64,000 bases of DNA from Isoptericola halotolerans (GCF_013149785.1 NZ_JABEZU010000003.1:1-64000); one strand, 5' to 3'. Positions 31,757-41,510 are shown, counted from the stretch's first letter. Translations and numbers: made by a program. The notes: generated by a model not told the origin, from the sequence alone.

Positions 31757-33458
31757 GTGCTACCTCCGCACCGCTCGAGCCGACGAGGAAGTCGAGGTCC
31801 GCGCCGGTGTTCGCCTGCTGCACGTGGTCCACGTACAGCTTCTCCCATCCGCGATCAGGTGCCGCGAACCCGTCGGCCGTCGCCGCCGGGACGCGGCGTG
31901 AGCTCAGCTCGTCCTCGGGCACGAGGAGCTTGAGCCGCCGTGCCGGGACGTCGAGGAGGATCTCGTCACCGTCCCGGACGAGTGCGAGGGTCCCTCCGGC
32001 CGCGGCCTCCGGGGCGACGTGCAGGACCACGGTGCCGTACGCGGTCCCGCTCATCCGACCGTCGCAGATGCGCACCATGTCGCGGACGCCCTGGGCGAGG
32101 ATCTTCGGGGGCAGCGGGAGGTTGGCCACCTCGGGCATCCCCGGGTAGCCCTTCGGCCCGCATCCGCGCAGCACCAGGACGGACGTCGCGTCGACGTCGA
32201 GGTCCGGGTCGTCGATGCGTGCGGCGAAGTCCTCGACCGAGTCGAACACGACCGCGCGGCCGCGGTGGACGAGCAGCTCCGGGCTGGCGGCGGCGGGCTT
32301 GATGACGGCGCCGTCCCTGGCCAGGTTGCCGTGCAGGACGGCGATGCCCGCGTCGGGGGCGAGGGGTCGGGACCGCGGCGCGATGACGTCCTCGTCCCAC
32401 ACGGGGTTGGTCCCGAGGTAGGACGCCAGCGGGCGACCGGTGACGGTGATCGGGTCGTCGTCGAGCAGGTCGGCCACCTGGTCGAGGACGGCGAGCAGGC
32501 CGCCGGCGCGGAACAGGTCCTCCATGAGGTGCGCGCCCGCGGGCTGCAGGTTCACCAGGAGGGGCACGTCGGCACCGATCCGGTCGAAGTCCTCGAGCGT
32601 GAGCTCGATGCCGAGCCGACCGGCGATCGCCAGGAGGTGCACGACGGCGTTGGTCGAGCCGCCGACGGCGGCCAGGGCCACGATCGCGTTGGTGAACGAG
32701 CCGCGCGTGACGACCTGGCTGATCGTGCGTCCGGCCGCCACCTGCTCGACGGCGAGACGGCCGGAGGCGTGCGCCGCCTCCAGCAGGCGGCTGTCCGCGG
32801 CGGGTGTGCCGGCCAGCCCGGGGATCGTCGTGCCCAGGGCCTCGGCCATCACAGCCATCGTGGAGGCGGTGCCCATGGTGTTGCAGTGCCCGCGGCTGCG
32901 GATCATCGAGGACTCGGAGCGCAGGAACGTGGCCTGGTCGAGGCGGCCCGCCCGGACCTCCTCGCTCAGCTTCCACACCCCGGTCCCGCACCCGAGGGGC
33001 GAGCCGCGGAAGGTGCCGTTGAGCATGGGCCCGCCCGGAACGACGACGGCGGGCAGGTCCACCGAGGCGGCGGCCATGAGCAGCGCGGGGATGGTCTTGT
33101 CGCACCCGCCCAGCAGCACGAGGCCGTCGACGGGGTTGGCTCGGAACATCTCCTCCATGGACATGGCGGCCAGGTTGCGCCAGAGCATGGCCGTGGGTCG
33201 CACGAGGGTCTCGCCGAGGGACATGACGGGAAGGTCCAGGGGGATGCCGCCGGCCTCGTAGACACCGTTCTTCACGGACTGCGCGACCTCGTCGAGGTGT
33301 GCGTTGCAGGGCGTGAGGTCGGAGGCGGTGTTGGCGATGGCGATCTGCGGCCGGCCCTCGAACGCGCTGGAGGGTACGCCGCGGCGCATCCAGGCACGGT
33401 GCAGGTAGGCGTTGCGGTCGTCGCCCCCGTACCACTCGCTGCTGCGGAGCGTGGTCAA
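31743..33458 (-). CDS. IlvD/Edd family pentonate (xylonate/arabinonate) dehydratase
   Basis: [39 protein letters not shown] and [10 protein letters not shown] motifs; TTG start after GAAGGAG. Confidence 0.92.
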   Translation of the reverse strand: MTTLRSSEWYGGDDRNAYLHRAWMRRGVPSSAFEGRPQIAIANTASDLTPCNAHLDEVAQSVKNGVYEAGGIPLDLPVMSLGETLVRPTAMLWRNLAAMSMEEMFRANPVDGLVLLGGCDKTIPALLMAAASVDLPAVVVPGGPMLNGTFRGSPLGCGTGVWKLSEEVRAGRLDQATFLRSESSMIRSRGHCNTMGTASTMAVMAEALGTTIPGLAGTPAADSRLLEAAHASGRLAVEQVAAGRTISQVVTRGSFTNAIVALAAVGGSTNAVVHLLAIAGRLGIELTLEDFDRIGADVPLLVNLQPAGAHLMEDLFRAGGLLAVLDQVADLLDDDPITVTGRPLASYLGTNPVWDEDVIAPRSRPLAPDAGIAVLHGNLARDGAVIKPAAASPELLVHRGRAVVFDSVEDFAARIDDPDLDVDATSVLVLRGCGPKGYPGMPEVANLPLPPKILAQGVRDMVRICDGRMSGTAYGTVVLHVAPEAAAGGTLALVRDGDEILLDVPARRLKLLVPEDELSSRRVPAATADGFAAPDRGWEKLYVDHVQQANTGADLDFLVGSSGAEVARESH

Positions 33459-33475
33459 GTCTTGGACTCCTTCGT

Positions 33476-33614
33476 CGAAGAAATGTTTCGGTTGCGAGAC
33501 CGAAGATTTTCTGGTGGCAGCGTAGGAATCGGAGGAGGCCCTGTCAAGGGTTGCCGCGGCCAGCCTCGGATGTCTAGCCTGTCGCAAGCCGAAACGTTGA
33601 GCGCAAAGTTTCGC
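33476..33614. promoter_or_regulatory. Divergent promoter region with several CGAAA/TTTCG LacI-type operator sites
   Basis: GAAATGTTTCGG, CCGAAGATTTTC, CCGAAACGTTGA and AGCGCAAAGTTTCGC; TAGCCT -10 near 33575. Confidence 0.65.
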
Positions 33615-33658
33615 TCTCGTCATCCGACCTCTGGCGTCGTCGCCTGAAGGGGAGCCCC

Positions 33659-35623
33659 ATGACTGTCTTGCATGTCGCCATCACCGGATCGGACTCCGCG
33701 GCGGGGAGCGCGACCGCTCCGCTGCGCACCGTCAACCGCGCGGCCGCGCTGGCTCGACCGGGAGACACCGTCCGTGTGCACGCCGGTGAGTACCGCGAGT
33801 GGGTCAAGCCCGCTCGCGGCGGGCTCAGCGACTCCCGTCGCATCACCTACGAGGCTGCCGAGGGCGAGCACGTGGTGATCAAGGGCTCGGAGCCGGTCAC
33901 GGACTGGAGCCGGGAGGACGGCGACGTCTGGCGTGCCGAGATCCCGAACGCGGTCTTCGGCGACTTCAACCCGTTCGACCAGGCGGTGGAGGGCGACTGG
34001 TTCGTACCACCGGCCGGCGGTGGGGTGCCGCACCTCGGTGAGGTGTACCTCGACGGGCGCAGCCTCTACGAGGTGCACGAGCTCGCCGCGGTGGCCGACC
34101 CGCCGCTGCGGACCGAGGACGTCGACGACTGGACCGGAGCTCCCCAGGCCATCGACGACCCGGAGCGGACGCGGTACGTCTGGTACGCGGAGGTCGGTCC
34201 GGAGGTGACCACCCTGTGGGCGAACTTCCAGGGAGCCGACCCTCGCGCACGCCTGGTCGAGGTCAACGTGCGCCGGTCGGTGTTCTACCCGACCGAGCAT
34301 CACCTCGACTTCATCACCGTACGGGGGTTCGAGCTGGCCCAGGCGGCGACGCCGTGGGCGCCGCCGACCGCCGACCAGCCAGGGCTGATCGGACCCAACT
34401 GGGCCAAGGGCTGGATCATCGAGGACAACGTCATCCACGACGCCAAGTGCTCGGCGATCTCGCTGGGCAAGGAGGCCTCGACCGGGCACAACTTCTCGTT
34501 CCACCGCGGTGACAAGCCGGGCTACCAGTACCAGCTCGAGTCCGTCTTCTCCGCTCGCCGGATCGGGTGGGACCGTGAGCACATCGGCTCCCACCTGGTA
34601 CGCCGGAACACGATCTTCGACTGTGGGCAGAACGGCGTCGTCGGTCACCTCGGTGCGGTGTTCTCGCGGATCGAGGACAACCACATCCACCACATCGGGA
34701 CCAAGCGGGAGTTCTACGGGTACGAGATCGGCGGCATCAAGCTGCACGCCGCGATCGACGTGCAGATCGTCCACAACCGCATCCATGACTGCACCATGGG
34801 CACCTGGCTCGACTGGCAGACCCAGGGGGCGCGCGTGTCCCGCAACGTCTTCTCCGCGAACACGCGCGACCTGTTCGTGGAGGTCAGCCACGGCCCCTAC
34901 GTGGTGGACAACAACATCCTGGCGTCGGGCATCGCCCTGGAGGTCTTCAGCCAGGGTGGCGCGTTCGTCAACAACCTCGTCGCCGGTGCCGTGCGACTCG
35001 AGGCCGTCCTCGACCGCGCCACGCCGTACCACCGGCCGCACAGCACCCAGGTCGCCGGGTTCGCCGTCGTCGACGGCGGGGACGATCGCTACCTCGGCAA
35101 CATCTTCGTCGGTGGTGATGCGCGGCCGGCCTACCTGCCGGGGAGCCCTGGCTACGGTCCGAGCTCACACGGCACGGCGGGGTACGACGGCTGCCCGCCC
35201 GACTTCGAGGCCTACCTGGCCAGGGTGAACGAGACGGTGGGCGACCACCGGCGGTTCTATGGCGTCCGCCAGGCCGCGTACATCCAGCACAACGTGTATG
35301 CCAACGGTGCTCGCTCCTACGAGGCGGAGAGGGGCGCCGTCGTCCTCGATGTCCCGGTGACCTTCGCCGTCGTCGACGAGGGGGAGGCGGTCTACCTCGA
35401 GTGCGATCTCCCCGAGCCGGTGGCCACCGGCTGGAGCGGGCCGGTGACGAGCTCCGACCTGCCGCGGGCGAGGATCGTCGACGCCGACTTCGAGGAGCCT
35501 GACGGATCGCCGCTCGTCATCGACGCGGACCTCCTCGGCGTCGCCCGGCAGCCCGGGCAGGCGTACCCGGCGGGACCGCTGGCGGAGATGCCCACCGGCG
35601 CCCGCCGGACACGGGTGTGGTGA
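33659..35623 (+). CDS. GH120-type beta-xylosidase (right-handed beta-helix, DUF1565 N-terminus)
   Basis: YREWVKP..GLSD, AATPWAPPTADQPGLIGPNW, GIKLHAAIDV, WLDWQ.QG and FVEVSHGPY match XylC-type enzymes as I recall them; no signal peptide. Confidence 0.85.
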   Translation: MTVLHVAITGSDSAAGSATAPLRTVNRAAALARPGDTVRVHAGEYREWVKPARGGLSDSRRITYEAAEGEHVVIKGSEPVTDWSREDGDVWRAEIPNAVFGDFNPFDQAVEGDWFVPPAGGGVPHLGEVYLDGRSLYEVHELAAVADPPLRTEDVDDWTGAPQAIDDPERTRYVWYAEVGPEVTTLWANFQGADPRARLVEVNVRRSVFYPTEHHLDFITVRGFELAQAATPWAPPTADQPGLIGPNWAKGWIIEDNVIHDAKCSAISLGKEASTGHNFSFHRGDKPGYQYQLESVFSARRIGWDREHIGSHLVRRNTIFDCGQNGVVGHLGAVFSRIEDNHIHHIGTKREFYGYEIGGIKLHAAIDVQIVHNRIHDCTMGTWLDWQTQGARVSRNVFSANTRDLFVEVSHGPYVVDNNILASGIALEVFSQGGAFVNNLVAGAVRLEAVLDRATPYHRPHSTQVAGFAVVDGGDDRYLGNIFVGGDARPAYLPGSPGYGPSSHGTAGYDGCPPDFEAYLARVNETVGDHRRFYGVRQAAYIQHNVYANGARSYEAERGAVVLDVPVTFAVVDEGEAVYLECDLPEPVATGWSGPVTSSDLPRARIVDADFEEPDGSPLVIDADLLGVARQPGQAYPAGPLAEMPTGARRTRVW

Positions 35624-35707
35624 GCCCGGGGAATTCCTACGTTGTCATGACGACCGCGCCACCTGTTGACACGCCTGGGGCAGGACACCATTCTGGGTAG
35701 TGCAGGG

Positions 35708-35723
35708 GTTACGACGTTGTAAC
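35708..35723. promoter_or_regulatory. Putative LacI-family operator upstream of the esterase
   Basis: Near-perfect palindrome GTTACGACGTTGTAAC downstream of TTGACA...TAGTGC promoter-like elements. Confidence 0.6.
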
Positions 35724-35809
35724 AGATGGTCCCGTCGTGGTCCCTCGGCCGGGCACCGACATCGGTCCTCGTGCTCGACGGAATCGAACTGCGAACGAGA
35801 GGCACGTCG

Positions 35810-38059
35810 ATGGTGATGGAATCTCAGGCGAGGGTCGCGGCCCCGCCGAAGCGGCGAGGGCGAAGAGTCCTGGCGATCGTGGCTGCCGCCGGCGTCGGTG
35901 CGTCGGCGCTGGTCGCCGCGCAACCAGCGTCTGCGGACCCCGTGAGCCAGGACCCCTGGGTCGGTGAGGTACCGGACAACCCGGTCTCCGACGTCTACCG
36001 GTTCACGGTGCCGTCGGAGGCCGTGACCGAGACGACCGGGATCCAGGACGGGCTCGTCGCCGTGCAGGGGAACTTCGGCCCGGGCAAGGCGTGGACCGAC
36101 CTCAACATGGGGACCAGCGGATCGAACCTGACCGCCACGTACGGGCCGCTCGAGCCCGGCCTGTACTACTACCAGTACGTCGTGCGTCCCGCGGCGGACC
36201 AGGACGCGGTCGCCTTCCGCAACCCTGACGCCCCGCAGGAGGTGACGTCGGAGCCCACGTACAGCACGCTGTTCGTCCCCGGACCAGGAGCGGAGTGGCT
36301 CGCGGACGTCGCCGACGGCGGTGAGCTCACGCCGCTCGACTACGGAAAGGGTCCGAAGCGGTCCGGCGAGGCCCTGGTGTGGACGCCGCCGGGCTATGAC
36401 GAGGACCGCGCCGATCCCTACCCGGTGCTGTACCTGCTCGCCGACGAGGCGCAGAGCCACCGCGAATGGGTCGAGCTCGGCCGCCTGGGCCAGATCATGG
36501 ACAACCTCACGCTCGCCGGCGACGCCGAGCCGATGGTCGTCGTCATGGGGGACGCAGACTCCGTCGGGCCCGGCGGTGCGGGCCGGGAGCTGTTCCACGC
36601 GGCGGAGCGCGGCCTCAACGTCTCGAAGGACGGGGAGGCACGCGCGATCGCCGGAGTCGGCCGTGGTGCGCAGCGGGCGCTGGAGGCGCTCGTCCACAAG
36701 CCGCGCGACTTCGCCCACGTCGGCTCGTTCTCGGGCGGCCTCGACAAGCGGATTCCCCGGGGCAAGGTCAAGCAGATCAACGAGTCGACCGACATGGTCC
36801 GCCTCTACGCGGGCAACGTCACCGACCCCGGGTACGACGCCACGGTAGCCCTGGCCGAGACCCTGACGGGTGCGGGAGTCGACTTCCAGTCCGACGGGTC
36901 GGACCCAGCGACCGGTGGCACGTGGGACACGGGACAGAAGAACCTGCGCGACTTCGCCCAGCGCCTCTTCCGGGACGTCGCGGACGAGGGCCCGAGCGAG
37001 GGTCACCTACCGTTCGTCCAGCACGAGCTGCCGGCACCGGGGACGACGCCGACACCGTGGATCGACACCAACGGCGTCGTCACCTTCGAGGTGGGGCCCG
37101 AGTTCGCCGACGCGAACAACGTCACCGTCTGGGGCAACTTCGGGCGGTCCGGGAGCTGGCCGCGCACCCCCATGGAGCGACAGGACGACGGGTCCTGGCG
37201 CCTGTCGTTGGCCCTCGAGGGCGGCTCGTACTACTACAAGTTCGTGGTCGACGGGGTCGACCACAAGGACGGGGGCAACCCGACGAGCGTGTTCTCCGAG
37301 CCGGCGTGGAGCACCTTCGCCGTCGAGGGCGACACCCTGCGCGGCCGGTACACGGCCGAGGTCCCGGCCGAGGCGCGCGGTGAGGTCGACGTCATGAGCT
37401 ACCCGAGCACCGCAGGTGGTGGCCAGGAGCGTTCGGCGTACGTCTGGACGCCCCCGGGCCACGACCCCGCCCGCGCCGAGCCCTGGCCGGTGCTCTACCT
37501 GCAGCACGGCGGCGGACAGACCTGGACCGACTGGCTCGAGGTGGGCTACATCGATCGCATCCTCGACAACCACCACCGGCAGGGCACCATCGAGCCGATG
37601 GTGGTCGTCATGGCCAACGGCAACGGTGTGGACTTCCCCACGGAGATCACGACGCGGATCGCGCCGGCCGCCGAGGAGCAGTACAACGTCAGCCCCGAGG
37701 GCGACAGGCGTGCGCTCGCGGGACTGTCGATGGGCTCGGGCCACACGCTCAGCACCCTGTGGGCGCACCCGGGCGAGTTCGGCTACATCGGGGCCATGTC
37801 GGCGTTCGGCGGCCCGCCCGCCGGCGCGGACGTCGAGGCCATCAACGAGGGGACGAAGCTGCTGCGGGTGTACACCGGTGACGTCCAGGACTTCACCTAT
37901 GGTGCGACGCTGCAGCTCGTGTCCGCGATGGAGAACCGTGGTGTGAACCACGAGTTCGCCCCCGTCATCCCCGGGCCGCACAGCTGGGACGTCTGGCAGA
38001 AGTCGGTCATCGACCTCTTGCCGCGCCTGTTCACGGAGGACGTGGACGCGCAGGACTGA
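35810..38059 (+). CDS. Secreted tandem carbohydrate esterase (CE1-like) with CBM48/E-set-like domains
   Basis: Signal peptide (KRRGRR...AQPASA); two repeats of YYY.F/Y + VWTPPG..YPVLYL; second domain has GLSMG and the catalytic His (GPHSW). Confidence 0.85.
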   Translation: MVMESQARVAAPPKRRGRRVLAIVAAAGVGASALVAAQPASADPVSQDPWVGEVPDNPVSDVYRFTVPSEAVTETTGIQDGLVAVQGNFGPGKAWTDLNMGTSGSNLTATYGPLEPGLYYYQYVVRPAADQDAVAFRNPDAPQEVTSEPTYSTLFVPGPGAEWLADVADGGELTPLDYGKGPKRSGEALVWTPPGYDEDRADPYPVLYLLADEAQSHREWVELGRLGQIMDNLTLAGDAEPMVVVMGDADSVGPGGAGRELFHAAERGLNVSKDGEARAIAGVGRGAQRALEALVHKPRDFAHVGSFSGGLDKRIPRGKVKQINESTDMVRLYAGNVTDPGYDATVALAETLTGAGVDFQSDGSDPATGGTWDTGQKNLRDFAQRLFRDVADEGPSEGHLPFVQHELPAPGTTPTPWIDTNGVVTFEVGPEFADANNVTVWGNFGRSGSWPRTPMERQDDGSWRLSLALEGGSYYYKFVVDGVDHKDGGNPTSVFSEPAWSTFAVEGDTLRGRYTAEVPAEARGEVDVMSYPSTAGGGQERSAYVWTPPGHDPARAEPWPVLYLQHGGGQTWTDWLEVGYIDRILDNHHRQGTIEPMVVVMANGNGVDFPTEITTRIAPAAEEQYNVSPEGDRRALAGLSMGSGHTLSTLWAHPGEFGYIGAMSAFGGPPAGADVEAINEGTKLLRVYTGDVQDFTYGATLQLVSAMENRGVNHEFAPVIPGPHSWDVWQKSVIDLLPRLFTEDVDAQD

Positions 38060-38069
38060 CGGCACACGG

Positions 38070-38108
38070 ACGGTGCGGCCGGTGGGAGTCTCCCGCCGGC
38101 CGCACCGT
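38070..38108. terminator. Bidirectional terminator hairpin
   Basis: ACGGTGCGGCCGGTGGGA-GTC-TCCCGCCGGCCGCACCGT between convergent genes. Confidence 0.8.
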
Positions 38109-38123
38109 GCGTGGTGGCAGGGG

Positions 38124-39161
38124 TCAGGCCGGCGCCGAGAACCCCGTGGACTCCCGGCGGACGACCCGGAACTCGGGCTTGACCGTTCGCGGTGGCGCGG
38201 TGCTCCGGTTCGGGCCGATGCGCTCGAGGAGAAGCGCGACCGCCTGGTCCGCGATCTGTTCCCGTCCGGCGTCGACCGTCGTCATCGACGGCGTGGAGTA
38301 CTGCGACTCCTCGATGTTGTCGAAGCCGATCACGGCGACGTCCTGCGGTATGGACACCCCGGACGCGCTGAGCGTGCGGATGGCCCCGAGGCCGAGCGTG
38401 TCGTTCAGGGCGAAGACGGCGTCGAACGCGATGCGCTCGTCGAGGAGCGCCCTCGTGGCGGCCGCGCCCGCCGCCCGGCTCCAGTGCTCCGCCGGTCGGA
38501 TCAGCTGCGGGTCGACGGACAGGCCGGCGTTCTTCAACGCTTCGCGGTAACCACGGGTGCGCAGGGTCGCAGAGCTGAGGTCGCCGGCTCGCTCGGCCTC
38601 AGGATCGGCTCCGACGACGGCGATCCGGCGCCGCCCGCTGTCGATGAGGTGGTCCACGGCTGCGCGAGCCGAGCTGACGTTGTGCATCGTGACGTGATCC
38701 GTCGGCCCGCCGAAGATGCGTTCGCCGAGCAGCACCACGGGGATGTTCGCGTCGAGCGCGGCCGCGTCCGACTGCCCGAGGCTGATCGGGTTGAACAGCA
38801 GCCCGTCGATGAAGTGTGGCCTGGACGTGCCTGCGACGGCGAGCAGCTCTGCCTCGCGCTCGCCGCCGGTCTGCTCGACGAGGACGCTGACGCCGCGCGC
38901 TGCGGCTGCTCGGATCACCGCGTCGGCGAGCTCGGCGAAGTAGTTCTCGCGCAGGGCCGGCACGGCAAGACCGATCACTCCTGTGCGTCCGGAACGCAGC
39001 CCTCGTGCTGAGAGGTTCGGGCGGTACCCGACCTCCTCGATCGCCTGCAGCACGCGCTCTCGCGTGGCGGGGCGCACGTGCGGGTGGTCGTGCAGCACGT
39101 TGGAGACCGTCTTGAGCGAGACTCCAGCGGCGCTCGCGACGTCGCGGATCGTCGAACCCAC
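38124..39161 (-). CDS. LacI family transcriptional regulator
   Basis: TIRDVASAAGVSLKTVSNVL, YRPNLSARGL and VAVIGFDN motifs. Confidence 0.95.
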   Translation of the reverse strand: MGSTIRDVASAAGVSLKTVSNVLHDHPHVRPATRERVLQAIEEVGYRPNLSARGLRSGRTGVIGLAVPALRENYFAELADAVIRAAAARGVSVLVEQTGGEREAELLAVAGTSRPHFIDGLLFNPISLGQSDAAALDANIPVVLLGERIFGGPTDHVTMHNVSSARAAVDHLIDSGRRRIAVVGADPEAERAGDLSSATLRTRGYREALKNAGLSVDPQLIRPAEHWSRAAGAAATRALLDERIAFDAVFALNDTLGLGAIRTLSASGVSIPQDVAVIGFDNIEESQYSTPSMTTVDAGREQIADQAVALLLERIGPNRSTAPPRTVKPEFRVVRRESTGFSAPA

Positions 39162-39246
39162 CGCTGACCTCCCCCTCCTGGTCTGCGTACTGTAGCCCGT
39201 CACTCGTCGCACGGAATGATCTGTCGACACAGGAGTTGTACCGACC

Positions 39247-39903
39247 GTGACTTCTCTCGACACCCGCCTCCAGATCGAGGTCTGGTCCGATGTCCTGTGC
39301 CCCTGGTGCTACATCGGCGACGCACGCCTCGAGGCCGCCATCAAGGACTCCCCGCAGGCCGACCGCATCGACATCCGGATCCGCACCTTCCAGCTGGACC
39401 CCGAGTTCCCCGCCGTGCCGACGCCCGTCGTCGACTACCTCGCAGCCAAGAAGGGCCTGCCGGTCGAGCAGGCCGAGCAGATGGAGGCCCAGGTCGCCGA
39501 GCTCGCCAGGGCCGAGGGGCTCGCGTACGAGCCGAACCACCTCGTCCAGAACACGCTGGACATGCTGCGCCTGGTGCACCTCGGCAACGACCACGGGGTG
39601 GGCTGGCAGTACATGACGGCGATGCAGACGGCCCTGTTCAGCGGGGACCCCGAGGCTTTCGTCCCCGAGACCCTGGTCCGCCTCGGTGCGGACCTGGGCA
39701 TCCCCGAGGCCGAGGTGCGCGACGTCCTCGCGAGCGACCGCTACGCCGACGCCGTCCGCGCCGAGCACGAGGAGGCGATCGCGCTGGGCGCTCGCGGCGT
39801 GCCGTTCACGGTGCTCGGAAGGCGGCTCGGGATCCCTGGCGCCGTCCCGGTCGAGAGCTACCGCCAGGCGATCGACCAGGCCTGGGAGCACGTCGATGCC
39901 TGA
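39247..39903 (+). CDS. DsbA/FrnE family thiol-disulfide oxidoreductase
   Basis: IEVWSDVLCPWCYIG, FQLDP and GVPF motifs. Confidence 0.92.
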   Translation: MTSLDTRLQIEVWSDVLCPWCYIGDARLEAAIKDSPQADRIDIRIRTFQLDPEFPAVPTPVVDYLAAKKGLPVEQAEQMEAQVAELARAEGLAYEPNHLVQNTLDMLRLVHLGNDHGVGWQYMTAMQTALFSGDPEAFVPETLVRLGADLGIPEAEVRDVLASDRYADAVRAEHEEAIALGARGVPFTVLGRRLGIPGAVPVESYRQAIDQAWEHVDA

Positions 39904-40024
39904 GGCCCTGCCGTTGACGTTCCTCGCGGTCGACGACGCCGCGGCGTGCGACCCGGTCACGGGCGTGTGCGCGGTCCCGGATGCCGAAGAGCCGGCGCGC
40001 AGGGACGACGACGTCGCTCGTTGA
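39896..40024 (+). CDS. 42-aa dicysteine peptide resembling a FrnE C-terminal tail
   Basis: ATGCCTGA overlap with the dsbA stop; GGGAG RBS seven nt upstream; MPEALPLTFLAVDDAAACDPVTGVCAVP. Confidence 0.6.
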   Translation: MPEALPLTFLAVDDAAACDPVTGVCAVPDAEEPARRDDDVAR

Positions 40025-40027
40025 CGG

Positions 40028-40474
40028 TCAGTCGTCCCGGGACGGCCGCGACGAACGCAACCGCTTCGTCGTCGACCGCTGCTTCTTGGTGGTCAGCCGC
40101 CGCTCCTGGGACCCGCGCGTGCGCCGGGTGGCGCGGCGCGCGGGCCCGGGAGGAGCGACGGCCTCGGCGACCAGTGCCGCCAGGCGGTGCGCAGCGGCCT
40201 CCCGGTTCCGCCGCTGCTCGCGGTGCTCGGAGGCCGCGACCGTGAGGACGCCGTCGACCAGGCGATGACCCAGTCCGGCGAGGAGACGGTCCCGCTGGAC
40301 GTCGCTGAGCACCGCCGAGCCTCCGACGTCCCAGGACAGCTCCACTCGGGAGTCGGTGGTGTTCACTCCCTGCCCGCCCGGCCCGGAGGACCGTGAGAAC
40401 CGCTCGGTCAGCTCCGCCCGGGGGATCGTCAGCGCAGGGCTGACGACGAGTCCGGAGCGGATCGGCGAGGGCAT
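40028..40474 (-). CDS. arfB: Alternative ribosome rescue peptidyl-tRNA hydrolase ArfB
   Basis: RSSGPGGQGVNTTDSRVEL with a basic C-terminal tail. Confidence 0.95.
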   Translation of the reverse strand: MPSPIRSGLVVSPALTIPRAELTERFSRSSGPGGQGVNTTDSRVELSWDVGGSAVLSDVQRDRLLAGLGHRLVDGVLTVAASEHREQRRNREAAAHRLAALVAEAVAPPGPARRATRRTRGSQERRLTTKKQRSTTKRLRSSRPSRDD

Positions 40475-40505
40475 GTCCCCATGGTGCCGTGCTCCGAGCC
40501 CGCGG

Positions 40506-41384
40506 TCACCCGGTATGTTCGATGCCGTCCAGCTCGGCCACGTCCTCGGCAGAGAGGACCATGCCTGCGCCGGCGAGGTTCTCGCGCAGGTGCGTCGCCG
40601 ACGACGTGCCCGGGATGAGCAGGATGTTCGGCGACCGCTGCAGCAACCACGCCAGGGCGACGGCCTTCGGCGTGGTCGTCCGGCGAGCGGCGACCGCCGA
40701 GAGCGCCGAGGACTGCAACGGGGTGAAGCCGCCGAGAGGGAAGAACGGCACGTACGCGACGCCGTCGGCGTCGAGCTTGTCGATGAGCCCGTCGTCGTGG
40801 CGGTGGGCGAGGTTGTACATGTTCTGCACGCACACGATCGGCGCGATGGTCTGCGCCTCGGTGATCTGCTGCTCGGTCGCGTTGCTGACCCCGAGGTGGC
40901 GGATCAGACCCTCCTGCTGGAGCTCGGCGAGCGTCTCGAACGCCTCGGCGAGCGAGCCGGGCCGGGGGCCTTCCGCGTCCCCGAGCCGGAGGTTGACCAG
41001 GTCGAGGGTGTCGAGCCCCAGGGACGTGAGGTTGTCGTCGACCTGGCGGCGGATGTCGTCGGGTCGCCGGGCGGGGGGCCAGCCGCCCTGGTCGTCGCGC
41101 GTCGCACCCACCTTGGTCGCGATGCGCAGCGGCCCGGGATAGGGGTGCAGCGCCTCGCGGATCAGCTCGTTGGTCACGCGCGGCCCGTACGCGTCGCTGG
41201 TGTCGAGGTGGGTGATGCCCAGGTCGACCGCGGTCCGCAGCACGTCGAGTGCTGCCTCGCGATCGGCAGGCGGTCCCATGACCCACGGGCCGGTCAGCTG
41301 CATGGCGCCGTAGCCGAACCGGGTGACGGTCAGGTCGCCCAGCGTCCAGGTGCCGCCGGGGAGTGTCAGGGAGGTGGTGCTCAT
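40506..41384 (-). CDS. Aldo/keto reductase
   Basis: GYGAMQL, DTSDAYG, ATKVG, LGVSN, QNMYN and LIPGT motifs. Confidence 0.93.
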   Translation of the reverse strand: MSTTSLTLPGGTWTLGDLTVTRFGYGAMQLTGPWVMGPPADREAALDVLRTAVDLGITHLDTSDAYGPRVTNELIREALHPYPGPLRIATKVGATRDDQGGWPPARRPDDIRRQVDDNLTSLGLDTLDLVNLRLGDAEGPRPGSLAEAFETLAELQQEGLIRHLGVSNATEQQITEAQTIAPIVCVQNMYNLAHRHDDGLIDKLDADGVAYVPFFPLGGFTPLQSSALSAVAARRTTTPKAVALAWLLQRSPNILLIPGTSSATHLRENLAGAGMVLSAEDVAELDGIEHTG

Positions 41385-41445
41385 CGTGTCGCCTCTCGTG
41401 TGCTCGGGTGGTGTCTGTCGCTTGCCTGCCCCAGCATGGGAGAGT

Positions 41446-41479
41446 TACTTCCTGTCAGGAAGTAGGCACTTGAGAGTGC
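41446..41479. promoter_or_regulatory. Putative HxlR-family operator palindromes
   Basis: TACTTCCTG-T-CAGGAAGTA followed by GCACT-TGAG-AGTGC between the divergent akr and hxlR genes. Confidence 0.7.
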
Positions 41480-41510
41480 GTAACCCACCCATCGGTGAGA
41501 GGTGCGACCC

